Positions 19,268 to 27,149 of a stretch of 64,000 nt of DNA are shown here, in pieces. The position numbers and the translations under genes are program-made. The stretch comes from an uncultured Collinsella sp. Its GTDB lineage: Bacteria > Actinomycetota > Coriobacteriia > Coriobacteriales > Coriobacteriaceae. The stretch's first letter is position 1. Each line of letters begins with the position of its first letter. Location of the stretch: positions 34,498-98,497 of the forward strand of contig CAZRPL010000002.1 of the NCBI GenBank assembly GCA_964602045.1, written 5' to 3'. The notes below the pieces were generated by a model. The model had not been told where the DNA came from, searched no databases, and was given only the letters and a program-made list of their open reading frames with translations.

Positions 19268-19819
19268 ATGATTCCGACCATTATCGGCATCGTTGTCGTC
19301 ATCGCCATCATCTGCGCGATCGCCGGCATCTATAACAACATGGTCACGCTGCGCAACCGCATCGACAACGCGTGGCAGAACATCGATACGCAGCTGCAAC
19401 GCCGCAACGACCTCATCCCCAACCTGGTGGAAACGGTCAAGGGCTACGCCGCCCACGAGAAGGAGGCGCTCGCCGCCGTGACCAACGCGCGCAACAGCGC
19501 CGTTGCCGCCACTACCCCCGAGGATAAAATGGCCGCCGACGGCATGCTCGCCGGCGCGCTTCGCCAGCTGTTCGCCGTAGCCGAAGCGTATCCCGACCTC
19601 AAGGCCAACACGAACTTCATCCAGCTGCAGACCTCGCTCGAGGATACCGAGAACAAGGTCTCCTACGCACGCCAAAGCTATAACGACTGCGTGCTCAACT
19701 ACAACAACGCCATCCAGACCTTCCCCGGCGTCATCTTCGCCGGCATCTTCCAGTTCAAAGAGCGCTCGGGCTTCGAAGCCGAGGAGGCGGCGCGCACCGT
19801 TCCCGAGGTCAAGTTCTAG
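19268..19819 (+). CDS. lemA: LemA family membrane protein
   Basis: N-terminal TM helix, then NNMVTLRNRIDNAWQNIDTQLQRRNDLIPNLVETVKGYAAHE. Start at the ATG at 19268. Confidence 0.9.
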   Translation: MIPTIIGIVVVIAIICAIAGIYNNMVTLRNRIDNAWQNIDTQLQRRNDLIPNLVETVKGYAAHEKEALAAVTNARNSAVAATTPEDKMAADGMLAGALRQLFAVAEAYPDLKANTNFIQLQTSLEDTENKVSYARQSYNDCVLNYNNAIQTFPGVIFAGIFQFKERSGFEAEEAARTVPEVKF

Positions 19820-19930
19820 GCGGCACCATCCGCGCAACTGAATCAACCTATAAGGCACCCGGACATCCACTCGTTCGGGCGGCTCAGTTCATAAACAGGA
19901 CCTATCACGTTCCATTCGAGATCGCGTGTC

Positions 19931-20074
19931 TTTAGGGGACGGTTTATCGGGAACCAATCGGATGCTTCATCAATTTCTCCATCGCAACCTGCGATAACTA
20001 TCGACTGTCAGCCCCCCTCCACCATCTATCGCCGCCACCTTAGGTGATAGCTTTCAAATAAACCGTCCCATAAA
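19931..20074. repeat. Inverted-repeat element, copy D (left flank of the DUF559 gene)
   Basis: Arms TTTAGGGGACGGTTTAT (19931-19947) and ATAAACCGTCCCATAAA (20058-20074); one mismatch. Confidence 0.75.
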
Positions 20075-20111
20075 CGCCGTTAGTCAACCAGTCTCGAGTA
20101 CCATCGTCCGA

Positions 20112-21314
20112 TTATCGTCCCGATTGCCCCTGCTCATGCGAAAACAAGCCTTCATGCAGTTTTTTCCGGCGCGCGAGAAACCGTGCGGAGACATCTGCGG
20201 GGGAAACATTGGCAACCCGAGCATACGTCTGCAGAAAAGCATCGAATCGCTCAAGGTCGCTCAGGATTTCGTAATCGATATCCAAAACGGTATACCCCAT
20301 GTTAGCCAACGCCGCGCGCCGTCGCGAACTGTATCTGAACTCCTCGCGCCCGGCGTGAAACGCCTCGCCGTTGACTTCAATGATGAATTGGCCCTCCGTA
20401 TCTACCATGTCACCGATGCAATAGGGCTGACGTGCCAAGATAGCTGCATCTTGAGTGAACTTGATGACTCGATTGAGGTGCGGTGCGCGCAGGCCCTCTC
20501 CTCCCTCGGAGCGCGGGGCGAACAGCATGATCGACGCCTTGGTTTCGAGAGGCGACCCTGACCCACCGATAACGCAGCGCGCGAGATCGACCGCTCGACG
20601 CGTGCCTCGGGATCGTGGTGTGGCAGCTGCCTCCGCGCTGGCGATAAGACGATCGCATGTGGTTAACGGCGGTCTTTTCCAAAGGTCGGTCAAATTGCCC
20701 TGCACGTCGAAGGCGGGTTTCCAGCCAAGCGGTTCCCCTTCCTTATCGACATGGAAAATCTCACATCCAGAAGCATCACGGTAAGCGTTAATCCCGCGCA
20801 TCGTCTGTGCTGCCGTCTTCAAATCTTCAATCAGCGAAATCACCGCAGAAACTCGAGATGTCTTAGCGATGACACTGTAGATCCCACATGCCTCGAACAT
20901 CTTTTCCAGCACGATAGCCTCATCGGTGTAACGGATTAGATGTCTCAACGTGCTTTCGACAGACGTCACAGCAAGCCCGTTACCAAGATCGACAAGCTCG
21001 TCATCGCGCAAATCAATGCGAGTACGGCACGGGTGGACGAGTAGGCTTTTCCTCCCTGAATAACCGTCCTCCATAATTGCGTGGACAGGTAACGACACGC
21101 CCTTCAAATCCGTGAGCACGTGCGAGCGAACCGCCCTGTCAGCCGCGCGCTCGTTGCATCGAGACAGCAGCACGCGCCTCGGAACACCCAAGTTCTCCGA
21201 ATCTTCTGCGCATGCCAGCTCTGGCGGTAACTCGACATCGCGTATGGCTGGCGGGGTCGACCAGTACTGCCAAGCCGACCAATCGCACACGATGGCGTCG
21301 AATCTCTTTCGCAT
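20112..21314 (-). CDS. Protein with C-terminal DUF559/Vsr-like endonuclease-fold domain; N-terminal ~260 aa unassigned
   Basis: 400 aa. C-terminus GSPLETKASIML...GDMVDTEGQFIIEVNGEAFH...RRRAALANMGYTVLDI fits the DUF559 pattern. Visibly lower GC than neighbours, with an AT-rich upstream region. Confidence 0.8.
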   Translation of the reverse strand: MRKRFDAIVCDWSAWQYWSTPPAIRDVELPPELACAEDSENLGVPRRVLLSRCNERAADRAVRSHVLTDLKGVSLPVHAIMEDGYSGRKSLLVHPCRTRIDLRDDELVDLGNGLAVTSVESTLRHLIRYTDEAIVLEKMFEACGIYSVIAKTSRVSAVISLIEDLKTAAQTMRGINAYRDASGCEIFHVDKEGEPLGWKPAFDVQGNLTDLWKRPPLTTCDRLIASAEAAATPRSRGTRRAVDLARCVIGGSGSPLETKASIMLFAPRSEGGEGLRAPHLNRVIKFTQDAAILARQPYCIGDMVDTEGQFIIEVNGEAFHAGREEFRYSSRRRAALANMGYTVLDIDYEILSDLERFDAFLQTYARVANVSPADVSARFLARRKKLHEGLFSHEQGQSGR

Positions 21315-21335
21315 AGATTAAGGCTAGCATAATTA

Positions 21336-21366
21336 GATGATAATTTTACTGAGATTAAATTATCAT
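21336..21366. promoter_or_regulatory. AT-rich palindrome just upstream of the DUF559 gene
   Basis: GATGATAATTT (21336-21346) and AAATTATCAT (21357-21366), within the AT-rich tract 21315-21420. Confidence 0.3.
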
Positions 21367-21507
21367 ATTTTGTAATGTTGATGTTAGATTACCGTTAGAC
21401 TCCGCCTGAATCCCCTGAACTGGCCTGCGCTACGAAACCGAGACGAGCACTTGGCTTTCATTCCGGTAGCATGAAGCGCTCAGAGGGCATGCAACGTTTG
21501 CCCAGCG

Positions 21508-21629
21508 TTTATGGGACGGTTTATCCCGCTCAAAAGCAATGCTGCGTATGCCGCCCAACAAAAGCCCAGTTATTCAAAGAGCAGTGGTGGCCGCCTATTC
21601 AAGTGGTGCAGACTAAACCGTCCCATAAA
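21508..21629. repeat. Inverted-repeat element, copy E (right flank of the DUF559 gene)
   Basis: Arms TTTATGGGACGGTTTAT (21508-21524) and CTAAACCGTCCCATAAA (21613-21629). Confidence 0.75.
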
Positions 21630-21724
21630 GGTCCTTCAAGACAATACCGAGGATTGAGCGAAATCGAGCACGCTCGGTTATCGCGTCGGCGCCCCATCGA
21701 CGATACGACTCCGCCGACGCCCCC

Positions 21725-22966
21725 TTAGTAACCGAGGGCCTGCAGCGCGAACATCACGGCGGTGAGGACCGTGATGACCACGATGGTCGCCCAGGTCAAC
21801 GCGTTCCAAACGCGCCCGTTGCGGTACTCGCCCATGATGTGGCGGTCCTTGGCGATAAACAAGAGGAACACGAGGAGCACCGGAAGCAGCACACCGTTGA
21901 TGACCTGCGCGCTCATCATGATCTGGAACAAGTTGACGCCCGGCATGATGACCAGCAGCGCCGATGCCACGATAACGGCGGTGATGATGCCGCGGTAGAC
22001 CGGCGCCTCTTCCCAGCTGCGGTCGGCACCGCGCTCCCAACCGAACGCCTCGCAGATCGCGCTCGACGTCACGCCGGGCAACACGCAGGCGGCGAGGAAG
22101 CTCGCCGCAACCAGACCCGAGGCGAACAGGACCGTCGAGAACTTGCCGGCGATCGGCTCGAGCGCAAGCGCGGCATCGGCGGCGTCGGCCACCTGTACGC
22201 CCGCCGGGTAGAGCACCGCGCCGGTCGTCACGACGATAAACCACGCGACGGCGCATGCGATCACCGACCCCGATGCGGTATCGATGCGCTGCAACACGAT
22301 GCCGTCCTCGTCGACATTCTTGTCCACGACGTTGTTCTGCGCCAGGAATACCATCCACGGGGCGATGGTGGTGCCGATGGTCGCCACCAGCAGACTGACG
22401 TACTCCGGCTCGGCGACGATATGCGGCGACACCGTCGCCACGGCAACCTCGTCCCAATCGGGGCCGGCGAGAAACGCCGCCACCACGTAGGTCACGAAAA
22501 CGCAGCTCACCATGAGCAGGATCTTCTCGATGCGCTGAAAACTGCCGGACATGGTGAGCAGCCAGATCGTCAGACCGACGAGCGGCACCGAAACCGTCGC
22601 GGGCACGCCGAACAGGGCAAGTCCGCTGGCGATGCCGGCGAATTCCGAAATGGTCACCGCCGTGTTGGCGATAAGCAGCGCCATCATGGCAAGCGCGCTT
22701 TTGCGTATGCCGAAGCGCTCACGGATGAGCGAGGCGAACCCCTTGCCCGTCACGCAGCCGCAGCGGGCGGCCGTCTCCTGCACGACGACGAGCAGCAGCG
22801 CCATGAGCGGCAGCATCCACAGCGTGCCGTAGCCGTAGCTCGCACCGGCGCTCGAATAGGTGGCGATGCCGCCGGCATCGTTGCCCGATAGCGCCGCGAG
22901 CAGACCAGGCCCCATGGCTCCGAGGACCGCGCCCACGGTCAGTTTTTCGCGATGTTCCCTCCGCAT
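21725..22966 (-). CDS. NRAMP/SLC11-family transporter with NRMT-type (Mg2+) binding-site signature
   Basis: 413 aa, LeuT-fold-like. TM1 motif is NDAGGIATYSSAGASYGY where canonical MntH has DPGN. TM6 is IGTTIAPW where canonical has GATVMPH. Confidence 0.85.
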   Translation of the reverse strand: MRREHREKLTVGAVLGAMGPGLLAALSGNDAGGIATYSSAGASYGYGTLWMLPLMALLLVVVQETAARCGCVTGKGFASLIRERFGIRKSALAMMALLIANTAVTISEFAGIASGLALFGVPATVSVPLVGLTIWLLTMSGSFQRIEKILLMVSCVFVTYVVAAFLAGPDWDEVAVATVSPHIVAEPEYVSLLVATIGTTIAPWMVFLAQNNVVDKNVDEDGIVLQRIDTASGSVIACAVAWFIVVTTGAVLYPAGVQVADAADAALALEPIAGKFSTVLFASGLVAASFLAACVLPGVTSSAICEAFGWERGADRSWEEAPVYRGIITAVIVASALLVIMPGVNLFQIMMSAQVINGVLLPVLLVFLLFIAKDRHIMGEYRNGRVWNALTWATIVVITVLTAVMFALQALGY

Positions 22967-22981
22967 GATCTGCCCCGCAGC

Positions 22982-24886
22982 CTATACCGCGATCGCGACG
23001 AGGGCGAGCACCGCGAGCACCGAGTACAGCGCGCATGCGATCAGCACCGCCGATACCGAAAGCGCCGTACCCGAGGTGTTGAGGTCATGCTCGTCGCGCC
23101 AGAACAGCACCTTGAGGTAGATGACCGCCGTCGCGCAGGATGCAAGCGACACCGCGGCGGCGCAGGCGAAGCACGACGCGAGCGCTGCAGCGGACGTGGC
23201 AGCCATGGTGACCTCGCCGGCAACCATCGCGGGCGCGTCGAACAGACGGATGGTCGCCAGCAGATCATCGGGATAGGCGGCGCCGAGCACGAGCTGGCCG
23301 CACAGGTAGATCACGAGCGCCAGCGCGATGCCGATCACCGACATCTGCAGGAAGAAGCCGAGATACGGCTTATCCTGCTCGTCGTCCTCATCGTACTCGA
23401 GGTAGTAGTTGCGCACGAACGACACGACGCGGTTGGCGGCGAGCAGCACCACGGGCATGACGCACATGGGATACACGAACAGGCCGGTCGCAACGCCTGC
23501 CGCCTCGAGCGCGGCAGCGATGACGCCGGAGGCGATCGCCCAGATGAGCAACCAATACTGTCGACGCGCGAACCACGAGAACGCGTGGATCGATTCACCG
23601 GCGCTGCCCTCGCCGGAGCCGACGCCGGCGATCTGCAGGTCTTCCTGGTGCTCCTCGGTCATGACCTCCATGGCGTCGTCGACCGTGACGATGCCCAGGA
23701 TGTGACGGTTCTCGTCGCAGACCGGCATCGCCGCGAGGTTGTACTTGGACATCTCCTCGGCGACGTCCTCCTGGTCCTCGTCGGGAGCGACCCAGACCAC
23801 GTCGCGGTACGCAAGACTGTTCAGGCGCGCATCGCGATCGGCCACGATCAGCGTCCGCAGGGACAGCACGCCGGTCAGCGCGCCGGAGGGATCGGTGGTG
23901 TACACGTAGTAGACGCTCTCGAAGTCCTCGTCGAGACGACGTAGGCCCTCGATCGCATCGGAGACGGTGGCGGTCGCCGGCAGCGCGACGAACTCCGAGG
24001 TCATGATACGACCGGCGGTGTTTTCCTCGTATCCCAGCAGGGTGCGGATCGCGCGCTCCTCCTTGACGCCCATCAGGCGCAGGAGTTTCTCGGCTTTCTC
24101 GTAGTCGAGCTCGTCGATGAGCGCGGCGGCGTCATCGGGGTCCATGAGGGCGAGCATCGAGGACGCATCGCGGTCCGACAGGCCCTCGAGCATCTCGGCG
24201 ACGAGCCCGTCATCGTCGAACTCCGAGATGGCTTCGGCCGCCTGAGCGGTGTCGAGCTGGGCGAACACTTCGCCGCGCAGGCGCGGATCGAGCTGCTCGA
24301 TGATGTCGGCGATGTCGGCGGGATGCAGCTCGCCGAGCGTCTTGTGCGACACGGAGAGCTTGATGGTCTGCGTGGAGCGCTCGAGCAGGTCCATGTAGGA
24401 CCAGGCGATGATATCCTCGGGCAACGTCTTACCCATGGCGCGGGCGATCTTGACCACCGCGCGCTCGAGCACCGGGTGCAACGTACGCAGCAGTCCGCGC
24501 ATGCCCACCTCGGCGCCGAGCAGGCGCAGCTGGTTCTCGCCGGAAGCGGAGAGTTTGATATCGTTCACGCGGACGACCTTCATGCCCTGCGTGTCGACGA
24601 TCTGCTTGTTCATGATGTCGCGGGCGAGCAACACCTCGTCGGGCTGCAGGTACGAGAAGCGGATGTCGGTCGCGGGAACCTTCAGGAAAACCCCGTCGTC
24701 ATCGATGCGCTCGACGTACTTGCGCCACGAGATCATAAACGGCGTCTTGCCCGGCCCTTGGAAGGCCAAAGACGTCACATGGGGAAAGACCTCGCCGGTG
24801 GCGATGCCCAGGTCGTTGACGATGCCGATCTTCTCGCCGGTCGAATCGACGACGGGAAGCTTGAGCATCTCGGAAAGATAGTTCAT
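22982..24886 (-). CDS. PRC-barrel + MgtE_N + CBS-pair membrane protein with divergent/degenerate MgtE-like TM region
   Basis: 634 aa. N-terminus LKLPVVDSTGEKIGIVNDL (PRC-like). ELHPADIADIIEQLDP...MDPDDAAALIDELD (MgtE_N). Two CBS-like repeats. C-terminal ~190 aa hydrophobic, without the MGGNAG loop. Confidence 0.8.
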   Translation of the reverse strand: MNYLSEMLKLPVVDSTGEKIGIVNDLGIATGEVFPHVTSLAFQGPGKTPFMISWRKYVERIDDDGVFLKVPATDIRFSYLQPDEVLLARDIMNKQIVDTQGMKVVRVNDIKLSASGENQLRLLGAEVGMRGLLRTLHPVLERAVVKIARAMGKTLPEDIIAWSYMDLLERSTQTIKLSVSHKTLGELHPADIADIIEQLDPRLRGEVFAQLDTAQAAEAISEFDDDGLVAEMLEGLSDRDASSMLALMDPDDAAALIDELDYEKAEKLLRLMGVKEERAIRTLLGYEENTAGRIMTSEFVALPATATVSDAIEGLRRLDEDFESVYYVYTTDPSGALTGVLSLRTLIVADRDARLNSLAYRDVVWVAPDEDQEDVAEEMSKYNLAAMPVCDENRHILGIVTVDDAMEVMTEEHQEDLQIAGVGSGEGSAGESIHAFSWFARRQYWLLIWAIASGVIAAALEAAGVATGLFVYPMCVMPVVLLAANRVVSFVRNYYLEYDEDDEQDKPYLGFFLQMSVIGIALALVIYLCGQLVLGAAYPDDLLATIRLFDAPAMVAGEVTMAATSAAALASCFACAAAVSLASCATAVIYLKVLFWRDEHDLNTSGTALSVSAVLIACALYSVLAVLALVAIAV

Positions 24887-25046
24887 GGTGCTCCTTTGCG
24901 AAAGCTATGGCGACGCTACCCCAGCGTGCGCCGGCAAAAGGCACCCGCAGGGGTCAGCTACTGTGTGGTCGAGGTTTGGGTTTCACCTGTATCCTTCTCT
25001 CGTGACCCTGCAAAATAAGAGCCCGACATCCGTCGAGCCCTCATAT

Positions 25047-25055
25047 TCTATAGCA
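25047..25055 (-). promoter_or_regulatory. Extended -10-like element (TGCTATAGA) upstream of the MgtE-like/NRMT operon
   Basis: Minus-strand AAAATGCTATAGAATATG, ~160 nt upstream of the ATG at 24886. Confidence 0.3.
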
Positions 25056-25102
25056 TTTTCCACATCCCATGGGAATGGATGCCGAAACAGGATGAACCGA
25101 AA

Positions 25103-25137
25103 GCGCGGGGGACGGGCATACAACCCGTCCCCCGCGC
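25103..25137 (-). terminator. Terminator hairpin downstream of deacetylase 1
   Basis: 14-bp stem GCGCGGGGGACGGG / CCCGTCCCCCGCGC, followed on the minus strand by TTTCGGTT. Confidence 0.55.
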
Positions 25138-25167
25138 ACGCGTCACATGCTCGATCCGCGGTACGGG

Positions 25168-26994
25168 CTAAGCCTCGGGCAGCACGGCGCTCTTCGGCAT
25201 CTTGACGGTACCGTTGATGACATCCTCGGGGAAACGTCCATCGAGCTCCATCAGTTCGGAGACCGTGACCAACTCGTATCCGGCATCCTGCAGCCCCTCG
25301 ATGATATCCGGCAGCGCCTCGATATCCTGGGAGCGGTCCCCGCCGCCGTCGTGCATGAGCGCGATGGCGCCGTTGAAGGCCTGCGACAGGACCGTGTCGG
25401 TGATGGCGTCGGCTCCCGGCAGCTCCCAGTCGAGCGTATCGATGTTCCACAGGACGTTGCAGCTGATCAAGTCGGCGGCGCGCGCCCACTCGACCGTCGT
25501 GAACGCGCCGTACGGTGCACGGATCATCTGCACGCGCTCACCCGACGCCTCCTCGATCGAGTCGAACGCCGTCGAGATCTCGGAGCGCAGCGTATCGCGA
25601 TCGCACTCGGGCAGGTTCGCGTGGCTGTTGGTGTGGCTCGCCATCTCGTGACCGTCCGCGACCACCGTGGCGCTCATCGAGTTCGCGTTCGTACCCAGAT
25701 TGAAGAACGTCGCCTTCACGCCGTACTCCTTGAGGATAGCCAGGATCTCGGAGGTGTAGGAACTGGGGCCATCGTCGAAGGTGAGGGCGATGTACTTCTT
25801 GCCGTCCTGGGGGTTGGGGTTGAGGTAGCTGACCACCATGTCGGTCGGCTCCTCCACGACCTCCTTGTCGACCGTCTCGCCTGACTGCTTGCCGGTCCAA
25901 ACGGTCTTCTTGCCGCTTTTGCCCCACTGCGAGACGAACTGGATGGCACCGGTACCCTCCGTCGTGAGCTCGGGAGCGAGTTCGACGGTCTTCTCGGTGT
26001 GTTCCTCGGTCGTGTCGCCGCCGTCCTTGACGCTGAACGTCGACCCTTCCTTGATCTCCAGCGAGGCGAAATCCTTGGACGCGACACCCTCCCCGTTGAC
26101 CTCGAGGGTGCACCGGTCGCCCCCGTCCTTGTCGAGTTCCTTGCCGCTCACCGACAGCAGCCTGCCGGGCTTGGCGCCGAAGTAGCCGTTGTCCTCGAGC
26201 AACGTCGCGGCATCGGTCCCGATATGGACACTGACCGGCTCCCCGTTGACCGTGATGTCGATGTTGCGCCAGAAGAACTGGTATCCGATGCCCAGTGCGA
26301 TCGCGCCGAGCACCACGAGCGCCACGACGGCGGCGATCAGGGGCGTGCGCGGATTGCCGGGCTGATGGCTTTTCGCCGTTGACGGCGTGCGCCGTGCCGG
26401 GGCAACGCCCGCGCGGTTCGCGGGAGCATGTCCGGTGGTGGGGCGCCTCGCCTGCGTGGAGACACGTTGCGTCTGCGCCGTGGTCTTGCGCGTCTGCGGA
26501 TGCGCCTGAGCCCGTGCCGTGGTTTTGCGAACCTGGGTCTGTGTCGTGGCCTTGCGGGGATGCGGATGCATCTGGGTGGACGCTTTTCTGGCTTTCGGAT
26601 GCGCCTGAGCTTGGGCCGTGGCCTTGCGGGGATGCGGATGCGCCTGCCCTTGCACCGTTACCTTGCGCGCCTGCTGGCGCGTCTGCTTTTGGGCCCGAGG
26701 CTGAGCGGGCGCTGACGATTGGGGCGTCACACGCGTCGCGGAGGTCGAGGTGGCAGCGGTGCGCGGACGGGCGGTCCCGCCGGAGTTTTCGGTGCTCTTC
26801 GCAGCGGAAGTGGCCTGAGGACGGACGGCGTCATCGGACCCCTTGGTCACCTTCGAAGCGGAGTGGTATTGCGGCGAGGTGATCGACGCCGCCGTGCGAG
26901 GCCGCGTGACACGGCTCCCCTGGGCCGATGCCGTCGGCTTCTTCGCTGAGGACTGACGAGGGGTTTTGTTCTCGTTTCCGTTCATCATCTTCAT
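25168..26994 (-). CDS. Membrane-anchored polysaccharide deacetylase (NodB domain) with long basic N-terminal tail
   Basis: 608 aa. TM helix PLIAAVVALVVLGAIALGIGY. YabE/G5-like middle region. NodB motif IALTFDDGPSSYT...ATFF...H. Confidence 0.88.
   Translation of the reverse strand: MKMMNGNENKTPRQSSAKKPTASAQGSRVTRPRTAASITSPQYHSASKVTKGSDDAVRPQATSAAKSTENSGGTARPRTAATSTSATRVTPQSSAPAQPRAQKQTRQQARKVTVQGQAHPHPRKATAQAQAHPKARKASTQMHPHPRKATTQTQVRKTTARAQAHPQTRKTTAQTQRVSTQARRPTTGHAPANRAGVAPARRTPSTAKSHQPGNPRTPLIAAVVALVVLGAIALGIGYQFFWRNIDITVNGEPVSVHIGTDAATLLEDNGYFGAKPGRLLSVSGKELDKDGGDRCTLEVNGEGVASKDFASLEIKEGSTFSVKDGGDTTEEHTEKTVELAPELTTEGTGAIQFVSQWGKSGKKTVWTGKQSGETVDKEVVEEPTDMVVSYLNPNPQDGKKYIALTFDDGPSSYTSEILAILKEYGVKATFFNLGTNANSMSATVVADGHEMASHTNSHANLPECDRDTLRSEISTAFDSIEEASGERVQMIRAPYGAFTTVEWARAADLISCNVLWNIDTLDWELPGADAITDTVLSQAFNGAIALMHDGGGDRSQDIEALPDIIEGLQDAGYELVTVSELMELDGRFPEDVINGTVKMPKSAVLPEA
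26449..26673 (-). repeat. In-frame tandem peptide repeats (AHPxxRKxTxQ-like) within deacetylase 1
   Basis: QAHPHPRKATAQAQAHPKARKASTQMHPHPRKATTQTQVRKTTARAQAHPQTRKTTAQTQ. Confidence 0.7.
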
Positions 26995-27149
26995 CCGGTC
27001 CTAGGTTCCGACACGTAGCGACCCCGCACGTCGACGTGGGCGGCCGTACACCCTGAACATATCCGGCAACAGTATGCCGGCAGTTTGTCTAGATTCATCC
27101 TACCCCTTCCGGGAAACGCGACACCCGATTGTAGTCGCTCCCGGCACCT

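Noticed and set aside
24887-25100. M-box (ykoK) Mg2+ riboswitch in the operon leader
   Set aside because: I could not find the conserved M-box core strings by eye. Left as an open check rather than a call.
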